The position numbers and the translations under genes were made by a program. This document shows, piece by piece, positions 8,264-15,699 of a DNA stretch of 54,353 bases. This DNA comes from a virus (taxonomy: Duplodnaviria > Caudoviricetes). The stretch covers positions 1 to 54,353 of the IMG/VR virus record IMGVR_UViG_3300025617_000030; one strand, written 5' to 3'. How positions within the stretch are numbered: the first letter of the stretch is position 1; every line of letters starts with the position of its first letter. The notes below the pieces were generated by a model. That model searched no databases. It was given only the letters and a program-made list of their open reading frames with translations, and was not told the origin of the DNA.

Positions 8264-8857
8264 ATGTCTATTTATAAAATACATATACTAGGAAATGGTA
8301 AATCTGTACATTATTTTGACAAATCAGAAGGTCTAAGGGTCGGCTGCAACTTTACACAGCCAAGATATAAACCCGATTGGACGATGATTGCAGATATTAA
8401 GCCAGTCAAAAAGTTCTATGAAGGCTACCGCCTCTGTTGTCCTGCGATTCTAACAGAACGAGCACATCGATTTACAATACATAAAAGTGTAAAGCTAAGT
8501 AAAGAATTTCTAAACGTAATTGATGTCGTCGAGTTTATTCGTTGGATGGATGTATGCAAACAGTGGGGAGCTAACTCAGCTCAACATGCAACACACTATG
8601 CAATACAGAGAACTCCTGAAGTCCAAGAGGTTCATATATGGGGATGCGACTCACTATGGTCATCCGACATAGAATCTAGTACCGACAAAATCGTACATAA
8701 GAATCTAGAGTTTATGAACACGCAGAACATCTATTACGTATGGAGAGACTACTGGGACAAGATCTTTTCGAATAGTCCCAATGTACAATTCACTGTCCAC
8801 GCTCCTGAGAAACCATTTTTAAAGGAAGCGCCTAACTTAAAATGGAATAAAGTATGA
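8264..8857 (+). CDS. Putative glycosyltransferase-related protein (start revised to MSIYKI)
   Basis: ILGNGKS, GCN, NSAQHA and IWGCD resemble the GNGxS...NSG...xGxD pattern of Maf/sialyltransferase-like folds. Confidence 0.45.
   Translation: MSIYKIHILGNGKSVHYFDKSEGLRVGCNFTQPRYKPDWTMIADIKPVKKFYEGYRLCCPAILTERAHRFTIHKSVKLSKEFLNVIDVVEFIRWMDVCKQWGANSAQHATHYAIQRTPEVQEVHIWGCDSLWSSDIESSTDKIVHKNLEFMNTQNIYYVWRDYWDKIFSNSPNVQFTVHAPEKPFLKEAPNLKWNKV
8269..8276 (-). promoter_or_regulatory. T4-type late promoter TATAAATA for the leftward 8237-4691 operon
   Basis: Exact TATAAATA on the minus strand about 30 nt upstream of ATG 8237. Confidence 0.7.
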
Positions 8858-9375
8858 TGAGATGGTATGTCCTTGAGAAGATAATCAAGGAAAGAGGTTA
8901 CGTAATTGGTGCTGAACTTGGTGTATGGAGAGGTAAGACATACAAGCATCTTCTCTCAGAGTGTAGCAGCCTAACACTTATTGGCGTTGACCTATATGAA
9001 CCCCAACCGGATTCAGAAGGACCCGAGAAGTGGGTACCAGGTGAAAACGGACACGAGTGGGATCATAATAAGTATTATAGTGATATTCAAAGCTTTCAAA
9101 GTAAGATAGGTGAGAGAGCAAGGTTCTATAAGATGACGACATTAGATGCAGCAAAAGAAGTAGAAGACGCATCACTTGATTTTGTGTTCATCGACGCTGA
9201 CCACTCATACGAAGGAGTCAAGAATGATATTGCTGCATGGTCGCCAAAGGTAAGAAACGGTGGTTGTGTCATAGGACACGACATCGACTGGGATCCAGTT
9301 CTGCAAGCTGTCACAGAAGAGTTCGGATCTGATTTTGTAAAACTAGATGACAATGTGTGGTGTGTGAATAAATGA
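8854..9375 (+). CDS. Class I SAM-dependent methyltransferase (Methyltransf_24-like)
   Basis: AELGVWRG, DFVFIDADHSYEGVKNDI, GGCVIGHD. Confidence 0.85.
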   Translation: MMRWYVLEKIIKERGYVIGAELGVWRGKTYKHLLSECSSLTLIGVDLYEPQPDSEGPEKWVPGENGHEWDHNKYYSDIQSFQSKIGERARFYKMTTLDAAKEVEDASLDFVFIDADHSYEGVKNDIAAWSPKVRNGGCVIGHDIDWDPVLQAVTEEFGSDFVKLDDNVWCVNK

Positions 9376-10037
9376 TTACAGTTGCATGTGTGAAGTGGGG
9401 AAACAAGTATACCTCGCAGCATGTAAACTCACTAGCTCGCATGATTCATGAGCATTCTACGTTTGACTATGAGTTTATATGCCTGACCGATAGACCTAAT
9501 GGCGTTGAGCTAAGAACAAAAGAATTCACATCAGATGAGATCGAAGGATGGTGGGCAAAGATGAATCTATTTGCCGATCACGGATTTCATGACAAGGTAT
9601 TATATTTCGATCTAGATGTAATTATTCATCGAAACATAGATTGTTTGGTTCAAGACTCGGATAAGTCATTTGTGTCAATCCGTGACTTTCATTACCCAGA
9701 TGTGTTTAATTCATCTGTGATGTTCTGGGATCGTGATGCAATGAGAAACCTCTGGGATACTTACGAACAGGATCCAACCAAACCACGCGAGATCCATAAA
9801 GGTGATCAAGACTATATCACTGAGTTAGTAAAGGCAGGTGATGATTGGTCCACCTATCCGGATGAGTGGACTTGGTCATGGAAGTGGGGTGATGAAAGAA
9901 CAAACAAACCAGTCAAGCAAAAACAGTTCCACCTGACAAAAGAATCAAGAGTTGCAGTCTTCCACGGCCGGCCGAACCCGTGGGAAATAGATATGAATGA
10001 ATTCAATAAAACTGTGTACAACAACCAGAAATCTTGA
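9372..10037 (+). CDS. GT-A fold glycosyltransferase (GT8-like)
   Basis: CVKWGNKY, GWWAKM, DxD motif (FDLD), FNSSVM, GDQDYI, VFHGRPNP. Confidence 0.8.
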   Translation: MITVACVKWGNKYTSQHVNSLARMIHEHSTFDYEFICLTDRPNGVELRTKEFTSDEIEGWWAKMNLFADHGFHDKVLYFDLDVIIHRNIDCLVQDSDKSFVSIRDFHYPDVFNSSVMFWDRDAMRNLWDTYEQDPTKPREIHKGDQDYITELVKAGDDWSTYPDEWTWSWKWGDERTNKPVKQKQFHLTKESRVAVFHGRPNPWEIDMNEFNKTVYNNQKS

Positions 10038-10043
10038 TATAAT
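10015..10043 (+). promoter_or_regulatory. Early (sigma70-type) promoter TGTACA-N17-TATAAT upstream of the tmRNA
   Basis: Same motif at 10570, 11424, 12535 and on the minus strand at 48946; resembles the T4 early consensus GTTTAC...TAnnnT. Confidence 0.75.
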
Positions 10044-10051
10044 AGATATTA

Positions 10052-10290
10052 TTGATTCAGTGAGGCTGATGATAAGACATTTGGACGTGGGTGCGATTCC
10101 CACCACCTCCACCATAAACACACAAACTTGCAAGTTGTAGTGTGTTTATGATGGGGGTGAACAGGTTCGACAGGTGTTGGAAGGTCAGAAGAGAATCACC
10201 TAAAGTAACTGCAAACGATAGCACTTACGCCCTTGCTGCCTGATTAGGCTAGCGGAGTCACAACGAGGCTTGGCAACAGAATCCCTTACC
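10052..10290 (+). ncRNA. ssrA: Circularly permuted two-piece tmRNA: acceptor piece ~10052-10114, intervening hairpin 10115-10152, coding piece 10153-~10290
   Basis: T-arm GTGGG-TGCGATT-CCCAC plus CACCTCC-ACCA precedes the 5' element GGGGGTGAACAGGTTCGAC; the acceptor stem has G3:U70; P2 pairings TGATTC/GAATCA and GACATTTG/CAGGTGTT; tag ANDSTYALAA* at 10211-10243. Outer ends approximate. Confidence 0.92.
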
Positions 10291-10341
10291 TTGGGACCGT
10301 TGCTCCTGGACAAGAGTTTAAACTGTCCACTTGGAGGATGT

Positions 10342-10527
10342 ATGCATCAGAAATATGAGTACCCACAACAATTTGAACCAGCAGACTTATCTGAGGGATA
10401 CGAGTATGTTCATTGGTGCATTCGCCATGGCATCGAAATAGACTTCTACAACCTTCCGCCTGAGCTCATCGGCGATCTTCTCACCATAAAGATAAAAGAA
10501 TTTTCAAAACACGATATAAGTGATTGA
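10342..10527 (+). CDS. Hypothetical protein (start revised to MHQKYE)
   Basis: GGAGG upstream of ATG 10342; the track's TTG start lies inside the tmRNA. Confidence 0.55.
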   Translation: MHQKYEYPQQFEPADLSEGYEYVHWCIRHGIEIDFYNLPPELIGDLLTIKIKEFSKHDISD

Positions 10528-10569
10528 AAACCCTACCGAAAAAAAAGTGAAAAAAAACTAAAAAAAGTG

Positions 10570-10619
10570 TGTACATCTCCTGGTAACTTGGTATAATGGT
10601 ACCATAATCAATGAGGAGA
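10570..10619 (+). promoter_or_regulatory. Early promoter (TGTACA-N16-TATAAT) plus leader and RBS, with A-tracts upstream
   Basis: A-runs at 10539-10566; 29 nt identical to 12557-12585; ends in GAGGAG. Confidence 0.8.
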
Positions 10620-10625
10620 TACATT

Positions 10626-10886
10626 ATGTTGAAATTTGAAAACCTTGCTCAAGTCGGTGACCGCATCCGTGCTTACGACTTCATGGGTAACAAGGAAGCC
10701 TTCATCGAAGGTAAGGTTGTCGCGAAAGGCGCAATCACCCACCCTGTCACAGGTATGTACATGTACGAAGCGTACAGCATCGAGATTGACGTTGATGGTG
10801 CGGATTTTGGTCGTGAGGGTGACGTAGGTTACGTACCTTTCGAATCTGGTATGATGGAATATGATGATCGTGTGGAGTTAGTGTAA
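10626..10886 (+). CDS. Early hypothetical protein (start revised to MLKFEN)
   Basis: GAGGAG upstream of ATG 10626. Confidence 0.7.
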   Translation: MLKFENLAQVGDRIRAYDFMGNKEAFIEGKVVAKGAITHPVTGMYMYEAYSIEIDVDGADFGREGDVGYVPFESGMMEYDDRVELV

Positions 10887-11053
10887 TGAAAAATGAAATG
10901 ATGGACGCAGTGGTTTACAAGATGATGTTGGATTTGGACCGTATCGCGAATGATATGAACGAAGATCAAAAGGCTCAGGTTCGTAAGGCAATGAGCGCGT
11001 TAGTCCGGTTGCGTGTCTATGTTTCCACTGAAGAGGAAGCCGTCAATGCGTAG
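10886..11053 (+). CDS. 55-aa hypothetical protein (MKNEMMDAVV...EEEAVNA); not in the ORF track
   Basis: Hand-translated; TAATG coupling and GGAG upstream. Confidence 0.6.
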   Translation: MKNEMMDAVVYKMMLDLDRIANDMNEDQKAQVRKAMSALVRLRVYVSTEEEAVNA

Positions 11054-11273
11054 CATTGACGTGCCAGGTGCAAAAGAGATCTTCGCGAAACAGGATGAGC
11101 TCCTGAAAACTTTCACAGTCAATCGTGGATACATCAAAGCCGCAATGGCAATCCACGAGGCTGTGCGCGATGATTACTTCTTTGAGAGGATGCGTAAGCT
11201 ACGTGCCTCTACTTCCTACGATCGTGCCGCAAAGGCTTACTACGATAAGCACGGCACTAAAGGAGAGTTCTAA
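11046..11273 (+). CDS. Hypothetical protein (start revised to MRSID)
   Basis: GAGGA upstream; overlaps the previous stop. Confidence 0.6.
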   Translation: MRSIDVPGAKEIFAKQDELLKTFTVNRGYIKAAMAIHEAVRDDYFFERMRKLRASTSYDRAAKAYYDKHGTKGEF

Positions 11274-11512
11274 TGGAATCAATGTCAAATGCTCAAATGA
11301 TGCAGTGGCTCCGGACGAAGATGGATGCTGTAGAGATCGAGATCAGGTACCTAGAAGAAATCTTGTGTACAACAAATGGTCCAGCAAATGAGTTAATTAA
11401 TTCACTTTTTTTGCAAAAAGCTATGTACAAAGACTATCAAACAGAGTATAATAGGTACTATAAAAAATGTCAAGAGGAGAAGCTTAATGACACCACAACA
11501 GAAAGCCGCTAG
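11273..11512 (+). CDS. Hypothetical protein
   Basis: AAGGAG Shine-Dalgarno; TAATG coupling. Confidence 0.55.
   Translation: MESMSNAQMMQWLRTKMDAVEIEIRYLEEILCTTNGPANELINSLFLQKAMYKDYQTEYNRYYKKCQEEKLNDTTTESR
11424..11452 (+). promoter_or_regulatory. Early promoter TGTACA-N17-TATAAT inside the upstream ORF
   Basis: Matches the repeated motif; lies upstream of GAGGA and ATG 11487. Confidence 0.7.
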
Positions 11513-11765
11513 ACTTCAACTTATTCGTGAGATCGCAGAGAAGTACGAGAACAAAAACTTGTTCGCAAAGAAGATGCGTATGCAAGCAATCCGTGCTCGT
11601 AAGATCTCAGAAGCTCAGCAACTGAAAGAAGAACGTCAGCTTGATCGTCAGCTACAAAAGCTTGACGAGAACCACAACCACTGGACAGACGCATCTGCGT
11701 TTGCTAAGCAAGCGGTTGGTGATACGTTCATCGCTACCACACGCTTTGACAACGATTGGGACTAA
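11487..11765 (+). CDS. Basic helical hypothetical protein
   Basis: 92-aa ORF with RBS, downstream of an early promoter. Confidence 0.65.
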   Translation: MTPQQKAARLQLIREIAEKYENKNLFAKKMRMQAIRARKISEAQQLKEERQLDRQLQKLDENHNHWTDASAFAKQAVGDTFIATTRFDNDWD

Positions 11766-11766
11766 T

Positions 11767-12096
11767 ATGTCTACTCCAGCCTGGAAAAAACGTGCACGAC
11801 AAGAGATACACGTCAAGCAAAAAGAGAAGCGTGAGTATGAGAAGCTTCTCTCAGGAATCAGCAAGGTAAAGCAAGAGTTCAAGGATTACAAGCCGAAACA
11901 AGCATTTACTCGTGATGTCAAAGAGTATCCGAGTATGTCTACATCAGATGTGATTCCTGGCACTTGCTCAAAGACTGAGCCACAGCAGTATAGTGGTGAC
12001 TACATTGTTGGTATTGCTACTATGCATAAATCAAATCTCGTACCAGTCGGTAAGGATCAAGACCCGGCAGAGTACGCCACGATGAGACGTAACTAA
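11767..12096 (+). CDS. T4-like phage hypothetical protein (start revised to MSTPAW)
   Basis: C-terminal motif YSGDYIVGIATMHKSNLVPV...MRR; starts 1 nt after the previous stop. Confidence 0.7.
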   Translation: MSTPAWKKRARQEIHVKQKEKREYEKLLSGISKVKQEFKDYKPKQAFTRDVKEYPSMSTSDVIPGTCSKTEPQQYSGDYIVGIATMHKSNLVPVGKDQDPAEYATMRRN

Positions 12097-12263
12097 TGGA
12101 AATAGAACTTATAGATTATAACGAGGATACCGGCGTTATGAATCTAAACCTCGATGAGGAAGCAAGGCAATATCTGATCGAGTTAGGTATGAATGCGCTC
12201 TTAAAACGAGCTATAAACGAAATGATAGAGGAATATGAAGATGAACAGACAGCAGATGATTGA
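12096..12263 (+). CDS. 55-aa acidic protein (MEIELIDYNEDTG...EQTADD); not in the ORF track
   Basis: Hand-translated; TAATG coupling. Confidence 0.55.
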   Translation: MEIELIDYNEDTGVMNLNLDEEARQYLIELGMNALLKRAINEMIEEYEDEQTADD

Positions 12264-12510
12264 AGCTCTTCGCAAGGGTTATTGTAACGTAGAATTCACC
12301 AAGGTAAATGGTGAGACACGGATCATGGAATGTACGCTTAAAGAAGACATGATTCCTGATAATATGCGTCCTAAGACTGATGGCAATCTGTCAGAAGGTG
12401 TTGAGCGCACGATCGATGTTATTAAAGCTTACGATGTTCGTGCAGCCGGCTGGCGTTCATTCAAAGTAGATAATGTTCTTAACTTTGAATCATACAGTGT
12501 TGATTCATAA
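12235..12510 (+). CDS. SH3/WYL-like beta-barrel protein (DUF2693-like)
   Basis: VEFTKVNGETRIMECTL and YDVRAAGWRSFK motifs. Confidence 0.7.
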   Translation: MKMNRQQMIEALRKGYCNVEFTKVNGETRIMECTLKEDMIPDNMRPKTDGNLSEGVERTIDVIKAYDVRAAGWRSFKVDNVLNFESYSVDS

Positions 12511-12534
12511 AAAGAAAAAAAGCGAAAATAGTTG

Positions 12535-12585
12535 TGTACAAACCTCATTTTATGTCGTATAATGGTACCATAATCAATGAGGAGA
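12535..12585 (+). promoter_or_regulatory. Early promoter TGTACA-N17-TATAAT plus duplicated leader/RBS
   Basis: A-rich upstream; 29 nt identical to 10591-10619. Confidence 0.8.
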
Positions 12586-12592
12586 ACAACAC

Positions 12593-12778
12593 ATGACTAC
12601 ACTTGATATGATTAAAGAGCTCAACGCTATGGTTGCTAATTCAATGATCCAACCTACTCTTGCTTCAAAAGCGATCACATACATCTCACAAGCGGATGCA
12701 GATGAGATCGACGATTTCGATTGCATGAAGACAAGTGAAGCAGTTGACATGGTTTTAGATATTGTAAGGTACATCTAA
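12593..12778 (+). CDS. Early hypothetical protein
   Basis: GAGGAG RBS directly after the promoter. Confidence 0.7.
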   Translation: MTTLDMIKELNAMVANSMIQPTLASKAITYISQADADEIDDFDCMKTSEAVDMVLDIVRYI

Positions 12779-13908
12779 TGGCAGTGCGTAAGAAAAAAGT
12801 AGTTGTTCCACGTCGTCCAAAGACCGGACTCGGTGCAGTTCCATTGGACCACAAGCGTGGGTTCGAAGCAATCAAGTATTATTTTCACTATGAGTTAGAC
12901 ACGAAGTCATGTGCTTCGTGCATCAAAGATTATGTAAAGCGTGAATATACAGAGGAACAGGCAAAAGCAATTCTCTTATGTCCTGAGTATAAGTTCACGA
13001 TAATGAGTCACCACGCAGCCACAGCCTTTCTATTAACGAAAGACTATGACTTCGGTGAAAAGTACTCGGTGTATCCACCTGCCCTCAAGAAGTATTGTGA
13101 TGAACTACTTGTGATGGGGCAGACGCTTCTTGAAGAGAAAAAGCAAGAAGCAACCGCCACAAGCAATATCGTTGTCCTCTCTCCTCAGCAACGACTTGCT
13201 CGCAAGGTCAATAACACGATCATGCGCGACCTCGATGAGCTCGAGGATAAGTGGATCACCGGGGACAAAGCATCAATGGATATTATTCCTGCGATGCAAA
13301 AGTATGAACTCAAGGGTGCGGCCGTTCCCCTCATTAGGCCCACCCTTGAGGGATTACTCCTTGATTACAAAGATGCTTATGAGAAGAACTGCGAACAAGC
13401 AGTAGAAGGTTATTCGCATCTGACACGACGTGAGATCAAGCGTCGTGCCACAGAACTTGAGAAGATGTTATCTGACCTTGACTCATTCACTAGCATGCAA
13501 AAAGCAAAACGTACGGTTCGTGCGAAGAAGCCTAAGGCTGCTGACAAGCAAGTTGCAAGGGTCAAGTACAAGAAGGAAGATGGTGACTACAAGATTGCAT
13601 CGATCAATCCTACACAGATCGTTGGTGCGAACCAGCTATATGTCTTCAATACAAAGTATCGACAACTCATGGTGTATGTCACGACAGCGACAAAAGGCTT
13701 TGAGGTGAGTGGTACATCAATCAAGAACTTTGAATCAGATCTGTGCACGAAGATCACGATCCGTGCAAACAAGGTCGATGAGGTTCTCAAGGCTGTTCTA
13801 AATAAGACGCCGAAGCAGATCGATAAGTTCTTAGATACTATAAATAGCAAACCATCCGTACCAAACGGACGTCTCAATGAAGAGACGATATTACTCAGGG
13901 CGATTTAA
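12778..13908 (+). CDS. Basic hypothetical protein upstream of gp33
   Basis: 376-aa ORF, TAATG-coupled at both ends; C-terminal PNGRLNEETILLR. Confidence 0.75.
   Translation: MAVRKKKVVVPRRPKTGLGAVPLDHKRGFEAIKYYFHYELDTKSCASCIKDYVKREYTEEQAKAILLCPEYKFTIMSHHAATAFLLTKDYDFGEKYSVYPPALKKYCDELLVMGQTLLEEKKQEATATSNIVVLSPQQRLARKVNNTIMRDLDELEDKWITGDKASMDIIPAMQKYELKGAAVPLIRPTLEGLLLDYKDAYEKNCEQAVEGYSHLTRREIKRRATELEKMLSDLDSFTSMQKAKRTVRAKKPKAADKQVARVKYKKEDGDYKIASINPTQIVGANQLYVFNTKYRQLMVYVTTATKGFEVSGTSIKNFESDLCTKITIRANKVDEVLKAVLNKTPKQIDKFLDTINSKPSVPNGRLNEETILLRAI
13839..13846 (+). promoter_or_regulatory. Possible late promoter TATAAATA upstream of gp33
   Basis: Exact motif about 60 nt upstream of gp33, inside a CDS. 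Confidence 0.45.
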
Positions 13909-14132
13909 TGGAAGAAGTTATTCTCACAAAGAAACGATTTGAGAAGATGGTAGAAGAAAAAGTTACCACACTCTCTATGAGTTACATGGATGCGATCCTC
14001 AAGGTATGTGAGGATCGAACCATTGATCCGGGTGATGTAAGCAAGTTCATTACACCGGTGATTAAACAAAAGGTTGAGGCAGAAGCTATCAATCTCAATA
14101 TGATGAAAGGCGGGAACACCTTACCACTATGA
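13908..14132 (+). CDS. gp33: Late-promoter transcription co-activator, T4 gp33-like
   Basis: SYMDAILKVCE...IKQKVEAEAINLNM; gene order 33-59-32. Confidence 0.85.
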   Translation: MEEVILTKKRFEKMVEEKVTTLSMSYMDAILKVCEDRTIDPGDVSKFITPVIKQKVEAEAINLNMMKGGNTLPL

Positions 14133-14704
14133 TTGCACCATTTGAAGCATTTCGTTATTATCAAGCCTTGAAGCTTCACTTTGATTCAGACTCATATGAT
14201 GCAGTCAAGTACAACTACAAAACATCTGTGAAGCAGCAGTCGTTTTGGAAACGTAAAGATAAGTACTTCTTTGCAAAGGCTGGTAACCGTTTTAGTAAAG
14301 TACCAGAACTCATCAACTTCTATGTTGCCCACTTCATTAGTGATGTGAAGTGGATAGGCGAGATGGATAAAGATGACATCTATGTTCAATGGTGTAAGAA
14401 GATACAGAGCATCTCATATACCTTTGAACAAGAGATATATAACTTATCAGAGACCGTTGATTCATTCAATGATCTCTTTGAGATTGATACACACCCACTC
14501 GTTGTTACAAAGTATCTAGAGGGTGATGTCAGTCTCGAGACGCTTGTCATTTTAGACAGGCTGACCGGTTTCGTTCAGCGGGCAGGTATCACGGAAACAA
14601 TTATCTGGCCTGATCTGAAACGAAAGATCCTGAAGTATAGACCTTTCGTCAACGTCGATGAGATGAAGATGAAAAATATTATACTAAAGGTGTTTACATC
14701 ATGA
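14129..14704 (+). CDS. gp59: Helicase loader, T4 gp59-like
   Basis: YQALKLHF, YDAVKYNYK, RKDKYFF, SLETLVILD; synteny. Confidence 0.9.
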   Translation: MIAPFEAFRYYQALKLHFDSDSYDAVKYNYKTSVKQQSFWKRKDKYFFAKAGNRFSKVPELINFYVAHFISDVKWIGEMDKDDIYVQWCKKIQSISYTFEQEIYNLSETVDSFNDLFEIDTHPLVVTKYLEGDVSLETLVILDRLTGFVQRAGITETIIWPDLKRKILKYRPFVNVDEMKMKNIILKVFTS

Positions 14705-14721
14705 GCAAATCGTGATACAAT
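14693..14721 (+). promoter_or_regulatory. Promoter TTTACA-N17-TACAAT for gp32
   Basis: GTTTACA matches the T4 early -35 element; 17-nt spacer. Confidence 0.65.
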
Positions 14722-14759
14722 ATACACTGTAAATACACTGCAATACAAAGGAAAATACT

Positions 14760-15671
14760 ATGTCATTTCAAAACCTCAAGTCCCGCTCTGCGGATATCTC
14801 CAAACTCGTAGCTGCCGCTGAACAAGCAGGTGGTGGTTCTCAAGATAAGAAGTCATACGGTGATGATCGTTACTGGCGTCCTGAAGTGGATAAGTCAGGT
14901 AACGGCTATGCTGTTCTTCGTTTTCTCCCAGCACCTGAAGGCGAAGATCTTCCATGGGTGAAGTACTGGGATCACGGTTTCAAAGGTCCTACCGGTCTTT
15001 GGTACATCGAGAACTCACTGACTACTATCGGTCAGCCAGATCCAGTCTCTGAGATGAATACTCAGTTGTGGAATACTGGCAATGATGAAGACAAGAAGAC
15101 TGTACGTGAACGTAAGCGTCGTCTCCACTATGTGTCTAACATCATGGTTGTCTCTGATCCTGCTAACCCACAGAACGAAGGCAAAACCTTTATGTTCCGT
15201 TATGGTAAGAAGATCTTTGACAAGATCATGGACGTCATGCAGCCTGAGTTTGCTGATGAGGAACCAGTAAATCCATTCGATTTCTGGGAAGGTGCTAACT
15301 TCAAGTTGAAGATTCGTAACGTCGAAGGTTATCGTAACTACGATAAGTCTGAGTTCGATTCTGCTTCTAAGTTGGCAGATGATGAGAAGCTTGAGTCAAT
15401 CTACAACGGTCTGTATTCACTTGCCGAAGTGGTTGATCCAAAGAACTTCAAGTCATATGACGAGCTTAAGACTAAGCTCCACCGTGTGCTTGGTGAAGAT
15501 GCTGTGTTTACCACAGCTGAGCAAGTCTCATTGGACGAGACTGCTCCTGCACCATCATACACCGCTGCACCAGAGCCTGTTGCTACAGCGGCTCCGGCTC
15601 CCGCTATGACTGCGGATGACGATGAAGATGATACTTTGTCGTACTTTGCACGACTCGCGAACAGCGAATAA
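14760..15671 (+). CDS. gp32: Single-stranded DNA-binding protein, T4 gp32-like
   Basis: DKSGNGYAVLRFLP, WYIENSLTT, NPFDFWEGANFKLKI, RNYDKSEF, acidic C-terminal tail. Confidence 0.95.
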   Translation: MSFQNLKSRSADISKLVAAAEQAGGGSQDKKSYGDDRYWRPEVDKSGNGYAVLRFLPAPEGEDLPWVKYWDHGFKGPTGLWYIENSLTTIGQPDPVSEMNTQLWNTGNDEDKKTVRERKRRLHYVSNIMVVSDPANPQNEGKTFMFRYGKKIFDKIMDVMQPEFADEEPVNPFDFWEGANFKLKIRNVEGYRNYDKSEFDSASKLADDEKLESIYNGLYSLAEVVDPKNFKSYDELKTKLHRVLGEDAVFTTAEQVSLDETAPAPSYTAAPEPVATAAPAPAMTADDDEDDTLSYFARLANSE

Positions 15672-15674
15672 GAG

Positions 15675-15699
15675 AAAGGGACCTTCGGGTCCCTTTTTT
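15675..15699. terminator. Rho-independent terminator with C(UUCG)G tetraloop between convergent genes
   Basis: AAAGGGACC-TTCG-GGTCCCTTT plus T-run; probably bidirectional. Confidence 0.9.

Noticed and set aside
10083-10114. tRNA-like T-arm and CCA end
   Set aside because: No anticodon arm upstream; it pairs with the downstream GGGGGTG and is the acceptor piece of the permuted tmRNA.
9945-10341. ORF 9945..10133 (minus) and the 5' extension of ORF 10270..10527
   Set aside because: Both overlap the tmRNA; ATG 10342 has a proper GGAGG and is the better start.
10530-10566. A-rich low-complexity tract as a possible repeat or assembly artefact
   Set aside because: It lies directly upstream of a -35 element, as does a similar tract at 12508-12528; best read as an UP-like element.
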